A DNA stretch of 63,715 bases, filler included, from Collodictyon triciliatum (taxonomy: Eukaryota), in NCBI GenBank assembly GCA_043381765.1. It is 6 parts of 6 records of this genome, joined end to end, with 100 filler letters (N's around TTAATTAATTAA, not from the genome) between each part and the next. Parts side by side here need not be neighbours in the genome. Positions count along the whole stretch, not along the records: positions 5,937 to 21,716 come from JBHJMP010000837.1; positions 21,817 to 36,357 come from JBHJMP010000838.1; 4 more parts are not named here. One strand, 5' to 3'. Under the pieces are notes generated by a model. It was not told the DNA's origin and did not search any database. It was given only the letters and a program-made list of their open reading frames with translations. Of the stretch, positions 13,090 through 26,566 are shown piece by piece; positions within the stretch are counted from its first letter, which is position 1; the number at the start of each line of letters is the position of its first letter. The translations under genes and the position numbers were made by a program.

Positions 13090-13392
13090 GGATGAACAGC
13101 CTGCTGAAACACGCGCGCATTCTTCGCTACTCTGGCCGCAAGCGAAGAGAGATGTGGGAATGTGTCGTGCGATATCTCCCACAGCATATCCAACCCCTGC
13201 TGCTCACGCAACCAATCAACCAGTTGGGTCGCCCACCTGACCAACTCGCTATCACTGATTTCTTTCCAGTGCTACCCTCTCCACGGTAGTGTCTTCTCCT
13301 ACTCGCGTTTGCTCTCTACCATGCGCACCTATCTCGCCCCTTTGTATGGCATAACCTTGCTGCACTTTGAATCGAATAAAGGGGGAAAAAAA
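13090..13392 (+). mobile_element. Longer 5'-truncated family A non-LTR copy (ORF C-terminus, ~100-nt 3' UTR, A tail)
   Basis: ORF end ...LRYSGRKRREMW...GRPPDQLAITDFFPVLPSPR*. Terminus CTTTGAATCGAATAAAGGGGG-A7. 13210-13390 aligns with 46549-46716. Confidence 0.8.
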
Positions 13393-13912
13393 GTCCTGAT
13401 AGCTGAGATGCGCCTCTGGGAGTGATTCTTATTGGCGTTTGCCAGAAGGTCTTGGCCAAAGCAAGGGCGCAACCCAACCCACGAAGTCGAATAAAGGAAT
13501 GCTATATTTTTAAACTAAAACCCGTTAAGATACAGAACTTATAGCTGACGTGGGGATTCGCCCGGTCTGTGGTTTGGTTTGGTTTGGTTTGGTTGTTGTC
13601 TTTCAAGTATCGTAGCGGCTCTTAGAAACCTCTCTAAACAATTAACAAAATTTCATGCATAATACAAGTAAAGGAACAAAAACGCCGCCTCCCTTCACAA
13701 TCCCATTATGGTGGCTTCGAAAAGGAGCAAAGGAATAGGGAAAGGTAGCAACCAATGAAAAGCTGGGTACAGCGTCTGAGTGTGGTGGGTTAACAAAAAT
13801 GAGTTAAAAGAATCAACCTACTCGGTGGTTTTTTGGCCCAACGCCGGGCTTTTCTCGAGTATTGATGTGTTTTGCGCTCTTCTTGGTACCAGGGCCAGGG
13901 AAATGACAGCGA

Positions 13913-13969
13913 CGCGCTGGGTGAATTATTTTTTTTCCTTTATTCGATTCAAAGCGCGCTGGATGAGTT
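13913..13969 (-). mobile_element. Family A micro-retroposon, 15-bp TSD with 2 mismatches
   Basis: CGCGCTGGGTGAATT / CGCGCTGGATGAGTT flank A-T8-CCTTTATTCGATTCAAAG. Confidence 0.88.
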
Positions 13970-14956
13970 TGATTCGTTCCGTCAACGGCCGACTCGCGGG
14001 TGGAATTCTTCGGGCAAATGGTATGGAAAATATGAATTGTTCCAGATTAGTTAAATATATTTTGGAAATTATAATATAATAAATCTATTTACCTGTATTA
14101 GCACCTTAATAACTAAATAATTATTGAAAATACACATAAATACATGGATTATATATAATCAAAGTAATAATTAGCAAATTTCAATGAACGACGGCCTTTG
14201 TTGGAAAATGAGATACCGAACATTCATCGAACCTTCTATAATTATGTAGAATTTTATACATATGGAGATAATTTCCGATGAATTTCAGTCTTTGTAGAAA
14301 TTTATATGGATTTGTATACTTTCTACGAACTTCTGATATTTATATGAAATACACCTAAAATAGATTTTTTCTATTAAGTTACACACCTTTGATGAATTAT
14401 GACAAATCAAGATAATTTCCACTAAACTTCTCACCTTATAGTGAATTTGTCTTTATTTGTATGATATCTTTGTAATTTGATGACTTTGCCCCAAAATTTG
14501 AAATTTTGATTTGAGGTCAATAATACTGAATTTGGATTTGCGCTCGCGCGCACAATACTGAACATTATACTAATCAATCTTAATCACTTTGCCTTGGACT
14601 TAAATACAGCATATATAGATAAAGATTTGAAAAAAAATAGAATATTCGACGCGTTCTATATAAGAAGTGTGTGGTCTGTCCTGCCCCGTCACTTGCGCCC
14701 GGCGGATGGGTTGTGTATAAAGAAAGGTTGTCTGTATATATTGTGGCGCGGGGCGGGATGCTCTCCTGCGCCGGATGGAACAATTCACAAATCCAGAGAC
14801 CAGATTGACAAGCGCGCACATCAAAGAACCGGTGGGGCAGGGAGGAACGAGGGCTTCAAAGGCCACAGCGCAAACAATGGGTTGCCCGGCCGCCCCGTCT
14901 CTCCCTGCCCGCTGGCAGCGCTGATCTCTGGTGTGATCACTGGGCAGAGAGAAGAG

Positions 14957-15184
14957 TGATGACTGATGACTGATGACTGATGACTGATGACTGAAGACTG
15001 ATGAAAAGAGACTGATGAGAGACGAGTATGGGGTGATGGTGTCTGGGTCACCCACCCGGCCCTAGACGCACACTTACCCACACAATCGCCTCACATCTGC
15101 TCTCTCTCTTTCCTTCCTTCCTTCCTTCCTTCCTTCCTTCCTTCCTTCCTTCCTTCCTTCCTTCCTTCCTTCCTTCCTTCCTTC
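14957..15184. repeat. (TGATGAC)n at 14957-15017 and (TTCC)n at 15110-15184, upstream of the large secreted protein gene
   Basis: Tandem repeats visible directly. Confidence 0.95.
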
Positions 15185-15347
15185 CTCTATTTGGTGTCAA
15201 AGGACTAACAACGCCTCGGGTGTCCTCTCTCCCCGGCACTCGAACAATCGACGCATGGCCCGCACATTCAACATAATAACCTTTCCACGCAGAACCGAAA
15301 CCTCTTCGAACCACTTCGACCCCCGAATCCGACCAGGACCCAACACC

Positions 15348-18300
15348 ATGGCCCTCCCCGACGTGCCTTCCTCGAAGGTTACTGGGGTGAGTTCTTTCTA
15401 TTGATCATCCGTGAAGTTCGAATCAATTGTTAAGAAAACATCTGCCTTGTCCATCACGCTCCTGCACCATACCGTACAAATATTATGATACCCTTCAGCA
15501 CAATATCTTCCACACCCATTCAAAATCACTCAAAAGAAAATCGTCCACACAATCGCTTGGCTCGCATCAAGTGTACCGCACATAGCTAGTTTCCATTCCA
15601 ATCTCACACACACACTGTCTAACGTTAAATGCTTCGTCAATCCTAGTGTGTTGCGCTGCTTGTTGTTGGACTGGCTCTCCTCCTGCTCGTTGATGATGCT
15701 CGTGGCCAATGCACCGTGCCGAATCCGCAACCATACGGACTCTTGCTGAATGCCGATCTTACCATCGGAGTCTGTCTTGGCTGGACGTGGGTGCCACCGC
15801 CCTCGAGCATCCGACCCCTCATCAACCAGTGGCTGCCAGAAGGAGGACTGCCTGTTCCAAGTATCGTGAGCAATGCCTTCAGCCCAAACCTTGTCTTCTC
15901 ATCCACGAGTTCTGTACTCTTGTCCTTCACCTCGGAAACGTCTTCCTACCGAAGCTCTGTGGGCTACTTCGTCTTTGATGAGAACCAGAAGGTCATCTCC
16001 AGGAATGTCTTGTTCCCAGACTTCTCGTTCGACCCAAGCACCCTGCAGGTCGGACAAACTGTGAGGGTCGGACCATTCGAGTCTGGCACACGCCTGGGGT
16101 TCTTCCTGGTTGCTAACGGCTTCAACGATCGTTTCTGGGCAACAGACCTGTCAACTTCAACGTTCTACTCATTAATGGGGTTGAATGCGGACAAGAAGCA
16201 GCATGTTGCTATGTTCACTGAAGGATTCACTGGTAGAATCATCGTCGGATTCGAGGACCTTTACAATCTTGGTGACGGAGACTACAACGACGGCGTTTTC
16301 CTCGTATCCGTTGAAGGCTCCCTTGCTCCTTACCAGTTCCCGACTACCCTTCTGGTTGCCATGTACCGCAACAGAGATGCCCGCTTTACCCTCCAGCTGA
16401 GCCTTGGGCTCGCAAAGACTCTCGTCTTAAACTCTCTTCCCTCCCAAGGTTTCCTCAGCCAGGTGAATCCTGATGGCAGCAAAGGTGCCACAATTTCATC
16501 GACCTCGACTGCAATCACCAACCCCAACCTGTACGTGTTCTTCACACCGACCATCAACTCGTACGGCTCCCCATATTCGACCTTCTCCATGACCCAAACA
16601 ATGCCCAACGGTCAAGTCTTCCCTGTCATTGTCCGCTTTGACGTCATCCCATTCGGTCCAAGCGCCCCATGGGCCTATGGACTCTCCACGCCTACAAGCG
16701 CTGGAAGACTGACGTTCCTCCAGCTCACTGGATACGACCCATACAATGTCAATCTCTATGCCACCATCAGAGCTATTCCCACCTTTGGTGCACTCTACCA
16801 GTACAACGCTGGTGCAGTCGGTGCGAGAATTACCGCCATCAACACTCCAGTGAGTGACCCCATGAACCGCCTCTTCTACCAAAGCCACAATCAGTATGTC
16901 ACAGCTGCATTCTGGGACACATTCCAGTTTGTCATGTTCAACGGCGCCGCTGTCTCTCCAACTGCGCAAGCATCAATGCTTGTCTACGTGAGACCCAATA
17001 CCCCACCAGTCTCCGCCAATGTGAGAATCATCATTAACACGAACTCTTTCGGCAATGTCGACATCACGGCCACCGACGCCGACGGAGACCCAATTACACT
17101 TTCTGTCCTCTCCATCCCTAGCACTGGGCAGATTTTCACGACCACTGACGGAGTTTCACGTGGCAGTCGCATCACGGCTCCTGGAACCATTATTCCGAGC
17201 AGGGCCACTAATTCATGGCGCATCATCGCTGCGCCCAACACTGGTGCATCCCAACTTACTTTCCAGTTTAGCGTCAGGGACTTCCTTGCTGCTAATTCCT
17301 ACGTTGCCACGACTAGTGTTGAGTTTATCAACCAGGCTCCTAATTCTTACCCTGTGTCCATGACCATCTGGGAAAGTAGCTCCTGGAACTCTGTTGTGAA
17401 TACACTGTGGAGCGTCCACGTCAACTGTGACCCCGACAACGTGCTCACAACACTGTCGGTTACCATCCTAACCGCCCCATCGCTGGGCACTCTGATTGAC
17501 AGCTCGGGTGCCACAATTACAGCCAATACTCTGCCAAGAACCTTCCCCTATGGTGTTCAAGTCTGGTACAGACCACCGTTCATCGGCTACGGCGTTCCCT
17601 ACACCACATTTACGTTCCGCATATCTGACGACCGCGGAGCCTCATCAATCGACAGCATATTCACCATCCACGTCAACCACGTGAACCATGCCCCCACCGC
17701 TTTGATTCCTGCCTCAGTGTCGACCAACCTCAACGTTGTTGCAAGTATCACCATCAACGGAAATGATTTGGACGTTGGAGATACCCTGTTCTTTGCTACT
17801 ACCCTCCCTGTGAGAAAAGGTTCAGTACTCAAAATGGGAGACACTGAAATCGAAGCCGAGGTCAAGTATCCTCTGCCAGCAGCAGGAATCACTCTCCGAT
17901 ACACACCTGCTGCCTTCCAGTTCTATCACGACTACATCTATGTCTGGGTCAGCGACCAAGATGGCGCTTTTAACGTGAGACTCTGTTACATCTACGTTAA
18001 CTACGTCAACGTTATCCCCGTGGCCCGACCTCTCGTTGTCGGGAAGAATCAACTCTCCTCCCTGGACATCTCGCTCTTTGCCACTGATGCAAACATCCCC
18101 GCGGAGAGAATCACATACTTTATCCGCAGTCTCCCAACCCGAGGCACCTTGACTATCAACAAGCGAACAATTACTACAGTCCCGTTCCTCCTTGGTTGGG
18201 ATGAAATCGGACGCCCCTATAGCGTTGTGTCTTACACCAACCCAGCGAATTCGTTTGGTGACCCATACGCTACATTCACCTACACTGCTCATGACGGACG

Positions 18301-21300
18301 AGCAGATTCTGTTCCTGTGTCTGTAACCATTAATGTGGGTCAGACTAACAGAGCGCCAGTGAGTAAGATGACTCCGACCTCACTTAGAACCGACCGCTAC
18401 GTACCTCTTGAGTTTGTCATTACACTTTCGGACCCTGATTTCAATGACAAAGTTAAGGCTCGATTCATAATCCCGAGTGGGTTCCTTGGGACACTATCCA
18501 TAGGCGAAAGTCCAATATCCAGCGAACATGAAACAGCGCATGTCCCCGTCTTCACTGATATTACCGTGGTCTACACTCCACCATTCCTCGATAGCAATAT
18601 GGACTATGGAGACTGCCTAGATACGTTCCAATACACTGTGATTGATAGCAACGGACTCGCTGCTGCCATCGCCTTGGTGCCAATTGACGTGACATACATT
18701 GCACGCGAGCCTGCAATCACATCAAGTCCTTCAACTATATCAATCCAGGAGCAACAGCAGCGCTTGACAACAGTGAGCTCAAATGATAGAGATGGACTAC
18801 CAGTTACCGTCTTCATTGCCAGCATACCCAATAACGGGAAGCTGTACATCGCCAACGACCAAGGAGCACCCACCGGAGCAGCCCTCGAAAACGGTCAAGT
18901 GATAGCTAATGGTAGTCAGGGTAGTTCGTCTGTTCAAATTGTTTACGTTGCGCCCATTCCACCATCTACGCTTGTGTCTCTTGGGGCTAACTCTGATACA
19001 TACACCATAATGAGCCAAAACAGCGGTAAGAGCTCGGTTGTTACAGTCAATGTTACTGTGGCTGACAGAAACTTCGCTCCTATCACCAGTGCGACTATAC
19101 CGACTGTTACCATCCAGTCCTCCCAAATTGCACAGACTGTGATATTCACCGTCAGTGGTGTCGACCCAGACTCAGACCCCATCAACGCTATTGTCTCCAG
19201 TATCACAGCTGTTCCTGGGGTGACCGCCACAAACGGCGAGATTGCATTGGTTACCGACAGCCCACTCCTTAGAACACCCGCAGGCTCTAACACATGGCTT
19301 ATCACTGTAAACGTTCCCGCTCTGACATTCGGTGCAGTCGCAAGCATCGTTGTTGTCACCAGAGACTCTCTCCAGGCCAGTTCAAGCCCGCTGACTCTCA
19401 GCCTTACCATCAACCGCGTCAGCTTCGCTCCAGTGGCAACAACCACATCCACACCAGAATGTGATGAAGACAGCTTCCTCGACATTCAGTTGAGAGGTCA
19501 AGATGACAACCAAGACGCTATCACTGCATACATATCCCAGCTGCCTTCCATGGGCACCATCACTTTTGGCGGGGCAGCAGTCACAACAAGCACACCTCTT
19601 GTGATGACAAATGGCGTGACTACCATCCGATACACACCACCGCTGCTGAACGATGGGAGGCCGCTGACAACGTTCCGATACTATGTAGATGACGGTGAAT
19701 TGCGCTCGAATGAGCAGACGCTTGCAATCAACGTCAACCCCGTCAATCATGCGCCTACAGCAAATGCACCTGCAAATATTACAACAGGAATCGGTACCCC
19801 TGTTTCATTTAACATCAATTGGAGTGATGCTGATAAGAGTGATAGTGTCACATACGCGTTCGTGTCTCCACTAATGATGGGCGCTTCACTGAAAGTTGGA
19901 CTTGACCAACTTGAAATGAACTCTCGGTACTTACTGCCAGTATACAGTATAAATGTGACATATAGCCCAGCACCTAATATGAACTACGATGAAAATATAA
20001 AATTTGAATTTATGGATGAAAGTGGGGCATTTGTGATGAGAATAATCCAGATAAGCGTTCTTCATTACCAAACAAAGTCACATTCCATTTCTGCATCTCG
20101 GTCATTCTCACAAAGCACCCAAGATGATTGCAAATTAACCATCTATCACCTAAGAAAAAAATCTAAATCTGAATACATGGGCTATCAGGTATCTATCTAT
20201 GATGGAATAGCAATAGTGTCCGTTCCGTTTTGTTTCGATATCTCCATGTGTGACGGTGGATATCTTTTAGCATATAAGAAATCTTCATATGGATGGACTT
20301 TGATTAAGAAAATATCGAATCCCTTTTTCAAGAGAGATATAAAGTTTGGCTTTCAATTACTTCTTGAAAAAAAAATTCTTATTGTTTCAGCTCCTGGTTC
20401 CATTTATGTCGATAACCCAGCGGGCATAGTTGCTCTATTTCAATGGGATTCTGAAGTTAATTCTTTTAAAAAATTTACCACTTTGAGATCAAAAGGACTA
20501 TCTGCCAAATACGATTTCAGTAAGTCCATCTCAATGACGGGTGGCGTAATTGCGGTAGGTTCTCCGAAGTTCTATTCGCTCAAAAAGCAACTATTTGGAG
20601 CGGTTTACGTATTTAAGAATAACGGCACAGAATACTGGAATCCAGTTCCGAAGCTGATTAAGTCGTCTATGCAAATGAAAGATGAGTATTTTGGTTCTTG
20701 TGTCTCTTTGGGTAGTGAAAACATTCTAGCTGTTTCCAATAACCCAGTGGACCCATTTTACCGTGCTGTCTCTATTTTCATATATTCTGGCGGCAAGTGG
20801 ACTTTAAATCAAAAAATTAGCGAGCAACTAAAGTTCGGATTTGGATGGAGGATGATATTTTTCGACGGAATACTGTATGTGTCTGCCGTAAATGACTCAA
20901 GTGTAGCTCACAAGTCTGGGTCGATTATGATGTACAAAAGAAACAGCACTGAAATTTTTGAGATAGCTGGTGCACTAAGTCCACAAACTGATGTTGTTGG
21001 CGAACAATTTGGGTTCAGTTTTGATATCACGGATACAAAGTTACTTGTGGGAACTCAACCTTGCTATGGAGATTCAATGTGTAACACACAAGGCATGAAA
21101 ATTCATTACATATTTTATATATAATCTCAGATAACAATATTGATAAAAAAATGATATGTAATAAATATACAATTAAAAAAAAAACTCAAAATCAATCAGG
21201 TGCTGCATATCTTTTTACGAGAAATCATGGGGCATGGGCACAGCATAAGCGATATGCATATGGGTTGCCTGACGGAACAGACGGCTTTGGCTTTGGAGTG

Positions 21301-21393
21301 GCTGTGGAGGGGAAAACACTCCTGGTTTCAGCTCCTTTTGATTCCAGGGAATGCGACAGGAGGGGAGCAATATACTTCATCGAATGCGAATGA
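15348..21393 (+). CDS. ~1,900-aa secreted protein: signal peptide, DUF4114-like domain, ~12 cadherin/Big_9-like beta-sandwich repeats, C-terminal FG-GAP propeller. Exons 15348-15386, 15647-~21092, 21200-21393
   Basis: Exon 1 MALPDVPSSKVTG|GTGAG..CTAAC..TAG| joins in frame to CVALLVVGLALLLLVDDARG. N-terminal YRSSVGYF..LGFFLVANG..VGFEDL..DGDYNDGVF. Repeats of N(H/R)APxA..(G/A)xDxDxD..F(T/Q)YxxxD. C-terminal FGxxVxxxxxxLxVSAP / GAxYxF motifs. Confidence 0.85.
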
Positions 21394-21602
21394 CATGTTA
21401 TGCTCTTACCTAAAGGCAACGTCAATCATCTCGCGACATTTCCTTAAAACCAATTCATATGATGTTATCACGTGCCAGTCTTTGAAGAAGCCCCTGTAGC
21501 GAGTGGATTTATTGAGTGTTTATACCTTGGTAACATGGGCTATCTATTATAATAATAATTTTAAAAAGTGGTGAGTTAATTGGAAGTTATTATTCAATTT
21601 TT

Positions 21603-21716
<114 letters not shown>

Positions 21717-21847
21717 NNNNNNNNNNNNNNNNNNNNNNNNNNNNNNNNNNNNNNNNNNNNTTAATTAATTAANNNNNNNNNNNNNNNNNNNNNNNNNNNN
21801 NNNNNNNNNNNNNNNNAAAAAAAAAAAAAAAAAAAAAAAAAAATAGG

Positions 21848-21881
<34 letters not shown>

Positions 21882-21972
21882 AGAAGAAAAGAAAAGAAAA
21901 GAAAAGATTTGAGCACTACAGTAGGATTATCAGGGGCACCCCGAAAGAGCCGCATCACAATGAGGAGCCTAC

Positions 21973-23336
21973 CCTTTGCATGATGGTCGCAAAGAGCAGA
22001 TTGCCTCATGTCACTTAATTTTATGCTGCCCTTGCTGCTGCTATACATAAAAAGGTTGCAGTGCTGGGGATGAAAATCGGCAGCCGTGATGACCTCGGTC
22101 AAGTCCTCCATGTTGGGTGGCTTAATGTCGACAATATCTTGGATTGCAGGGTCAGTGTCAGTATGTATTGAAACGGCGTGAGAAAGTATCGCATGAAAAG
22201 AGCAAGCTGCGAGATGCCCGATTCATGTCATTAAATGAAGGGGGTGTCAGCCTTTCTGCGACAAACGACACAACTGTCAAGATACATACTGAAGCTTTGA
22301 TTTGTGATGGCATGGTTCCACAGGTTGATGCGAAGGTCGTCTGCGGAGAGATAGTGTTCTCCGTCGCTGTTTATGGAGATGGAGTTGATGTGGTATGCAT
22401 GGCCGTTTGAATAGACCCGGCTGGGCGCAGACATGACGGTTTGGTCCGTGACGGTCACGCGGGGAACACGAAGGACTGAGGGCGTATTAATCTTGGACGG
22501 GATTCCACGAGCAAGCTCCATGTTTGTCTGGGCAACCTGCTTCACCTTTTTATCTCCCACCTTCCACAACTTGATCGTCTTATCTGGCGGGCCATCATGG
22601 ACATTAGCAAAACAAAGGCAAGGAAAAAAAAACACCGAAAAAAAAATCAAGTACCTCGGGATGAATGGATCGAATATGAATAAGTGGAAGAAGAAAGGAG
22701 GAAAGACGAAATGAAAGGCACCGTTAGTGGTGAGCAGCATGTGCTTGCTCGAGCAGGGCTTCCACCACTTGATCTTGTTGATCTTTTCCTCGATTTCCAG
22801 GCTTTTCAGGTAGTCAAACTCTGCCTCGTGGCTTTGGAACTGTGTGTAGAAGCGGTATTCGGAGTTCTTTGTGGTTAGGAGCGGCTTCTTCCCATCGCGT
22901 GAGGAGGCGCCTGCTGCTTGAGGCTGCATCCGTGGGTTGCTTAGCGTTTTCAGACAAGATGGCGGCCGTCTCTGGGTTCAGGGAGGTGGGGATAGAAAGG
23001 CACAAGCAGAGGGACAAGTCACCTTTTCAGACGTTGCGTAGCGCTCAAACAGCACCACGCGGCCCCCTTTGTCGCCGGTCGCTATGAAGTCGCCGGTCTG
23101 ATCAAACTCCACGGTTGAAATGATGTCGGCTACAAAGCGGGTGTTTCGAAGGGCGGGTGAGTGGCTGGGTCGGGGACGGGGGCTGAAAGGGACTTTGGCA
23201 GCTGACTCGGTCGGCGTGACGTTGGAGGGCGCATACCTTCGCTGGCCACCTCCTGCGCGCCGTTTCGGTTGTCGCCAAAGACCTGCGCATATTTCCAGTC
23301 GAGCCCGTCCGAGGCAGACGACGAGGATCCAAACAT
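21973..23336 (-). CDS. PPP2R2: Protein phosphatase 2A regulatory subunit B (B55/CDC55), 3' part cut off by contig end
   Basis: [91 protein letters not shown]. Confidence 0.96.
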
Positions 23337-23964
23337 CCGTCCTTCTGGCAGGCAGAAAAGCGCCGGTGAGAAAAGGCGTTTCGGTGGGACTCTGCCGTTG
23401 CCCCCAACTCGCCCACGAGGCGCCGAGACGCCGCGCAGAGTGAGGGTCACAGACAAGGTGCGGAGGCAGAGACCGGGCGCCTAGCAAGCAAACTCTTGCG
23501 CAAGAGAATTCTTTGCACAAAGTTACAGGAAAGGAGGGGGAAGACCGGAGAAGATGGGTGATCGCACAGCGTCTCAAGCAGGATCGGAAAGTATTCACGC
23601 ACAGGAGTGATCGCGCCAAACGCTTCTCGAATGGATGGAGAATCTGGTGCAATCCTTCTTCCCAAGCCAGTGTTCTGAACTCTGCGCTGGCTGGACTCGT
23701 TCGATCAGCATACATTCGGCTGTCTCTCTGTGCTCCGGGCTCGAATGGCGTCGACACCACTGCCAAAATTCGGATGGTTTGTTGTGCTGTCGTTGGTTGC
23801 TGGCAACGGTAGAAGATTCAATGAAATGGATATCTTGTGGAAACAGGGAATTCGCCGAACGTGGGGCAGCCGGGCCCGAAGTGGTATGACCAATATACAT
23901 TTATCTTCTTCTGGAACTGTGCTAGAAGGGAAGAGCTGGGGTTGCTGTTGCATCTGGGTCGCTT

Positions 23965-26328
23965 TCACAGAACCACATCCTCTTCGTAATCCGGCTTGTC
24001 CCCAAAGTTTGTCTCGCTGATGGCATTGAACTCATCTGTCGAGTACCCGTCCTCCTTCTGCGGGTTCGGGTGAAAAAAATGAAAAAAAAAAAAAAAAAAG
24101 GAAAGAACGAAGGGTTGATTTGGAGAAATAGACCAGCTGGGGATTGATTATGGGCTACAGAAAAAATCAAAGAAAGTGGGTGGGGGTAAGAGCAAATGAA
24201 CGGCGGCGGATTCCGTATGTTTGTTGGCTTCGGTTATTATGTGCAGTTTACTGACGTTGCTCTCGCGGGATTTCAGTTCGCTCTCGATATCTTCCTCAAC
24301 ACTAGAATATATGGTCTTTTCAAAATCTTGACGCTGTGGTGGGTGCATGGCTATAGGTGAAAGTAAAAGAAAACACAGCACACAAGAAAGCAGAGAGAGC
24401 AGCACGGGTTTCCAACAAGGAAATCACAAATTCAAGAGGCGTAGACGCCAAAGTCTGTCGACTCCTTGATGCTAACCTGTCTTCATCTTCATCCTCGTCA
24501 ATCTGACTGTGGTCGACGCTTACTGTAGAATGTGGTGCTGCACAGAACAGTCCACGGAGCAGTTTCAATATAAAATAAATCGGCTGGCTTTGCTAACTCA
24601 CATATTCCCTTCAAAATGAATTCATGCGTGAGCAATCCAACAAATGAAAGCTTACAGGCTGTTAGTGAACGAGAACCAGACGGGGAGTGGTTGGAAGGGG
24701 ACCGTACACTTTCCAGAGGTCTTCTGTCTGTTAAGTTCGGATACATGAAAAAGAATCAAATAGGACACTTTTCTCGCTTTTGCACCTCTTCAATCTAAAT
24801 ATGTCTATTACTAACCGAACTTGAAGAAAATTTCAACACAAAGTTACAATTAGAGGCAAAATGGACTTACTCAAAAAGTCGAGCGGCTTGTTGGATGTTG
24901 AAATCCCGCTGATAGGAGACAGCTCTTTCTTAGGGCTGGTCGCTTCAATTCCCTACAGCAGAAAGTCCTTCGTTTTCTACCAAGAGCCAAATCACGACAG
25001 TATTTTTTTTTCCAGACCTTAACTGATAGCGGTGCGAGAAGAGGCTTGGGCTTTTGGAAATCAGAGGTGCTCTTGGTATCGAGTGCTTTGGCTTCGGTTC
25101 CTGTTGGCGAGTGAGTTGGGGACTTGCTGGGTAGTTTGTTCAAAAGTGGATTGACACGAGCAGAATGAGGCTGTGCATTCTCTGTAGATGATGGCGCTGG
25201 CGGGGCTGTTGATGCGAGGGCTGGAGATTTTGATGTGGATGAAGCAGGAACGGACGCCTTCAGCAGATTATTGTGGTATGTGGCAGTTCGGATTAGTATG
25301 AATAATCTATCTCAAAACTGATATTGTCTAAACACCTGCTTCCCATTCCTAGTGTTTCCAATCAGTTGCTTTATGATCGGGTCTTTAGAGGACGGAAGAT
25401 TCAGCGCATTTGCAACTTTTTCTCGACTTGGAATGGCATGTGTTTGCTGCAGTATCACAATTAGATTTTAGCAAAAACGTCATAGAAAAATCGATATGGA
25501 ATGATGAAAAGAAAAGACAAGATACCATTTGACTTGATTAAAATTTTAAGAATTGAATATGGGCATGATGGCATTAGGTGGTAACGGCTGAATACAAAAA
25601 AAAAACATCAAACCATATCGATCTCTGCCATAAAAACGGCGAGTGTGTGAGCGAACCCATGGTGCTCAAGGAAATCAATGAAGACTTCGCATGAAAGTTT
25701 GTCTGTCAAATGCAAATATCGAGCGAAGGAAAAATAACGTTATGTACCATGAAAAAGAAATGAATTGTCCAGCGCTAACCATATAGAAGGCGATGATGGA
25801 CATAATTATGTGTGATGCTCCAAGTTTCTTTACAACATGCACTTTTTTTCTTATTTGAGCATATGTTAATGTGTTTTGTCCTTCATTCACTCGATTGCAT
25901 GGAAGTGTTGGAAAAAGAAAGCCCATTCTCAAACAAGAAAATATTTCGTAGTATTTTTAAGGACAAAAAGGATCTTTTATCGAGCATCAGTAAGCAAGGA
26001 TTTTGTCTGTGCCCTCTGTTTCACTCACTGTCAGCATCCTTTGTAATGTCCGACTTCGCCTTGGGCTCGACCGGCAAGGAGTCCCGCCTCCTCTGCTGCT
26101 CTTGGATGATGGTGAACACACTTGCTCGGACGTCGGCCTTCGATAAAATTGCAAGCCTTACCAAACATGTGCAGATAGACTACGCGGGCAGCCGCCGCAA
26201 CTGTCAACAGAGAAAGGCTGCTGAGAGTCGAAGGAGCTTACTTTCACTTTCGCCAGTATCCCGCGCTGCTCCAGAGCGGCGATCACAACCTGCTTGAGTG
26301 CCTGGACTTCGCTTGCGTCGCTGGACAT
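23965..26328 (-). CDS. CEP43: FOP/CEP43 (FGFR1OP, TONNEAU1-like) centriolar LisH protein
   Basis: ALKQVVIAALEQRGILAKVK|ADVRASVFTII N-terminus, a low-complexity middle, and an acidic C-terminus ending PDYEEDVVL*. Confidence 0.75.
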
Positions 26329-26566
26329 CTGTTTTCCTGTTGGTGTGTCTTCCTGTGTGCGGGCCGTCCCAACTGCAGGCTCCTTTGTCGAACCCCTGCG
26401 TTTCTGTGTTTTATCTTTTCTCTTCTGTATCATTATTGTCCAGCATCTTTTATGTTTCTTTTTTTTCCTTTTTTTTTAGACTGGCTCTGTCTGCGTAGAG
26501 ATACCGAATAAATCGATTCCTTCTTTATGGTGATATCCGTTAGTGCGGGGCGCTGTGCGGTCGCGG

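Noticed and set aside
14190-14560. AT-rich tract as a DNA-transposon remnant
   Set aside because: No convincing terminal inverted repeats, TSD or transposase peptide found.
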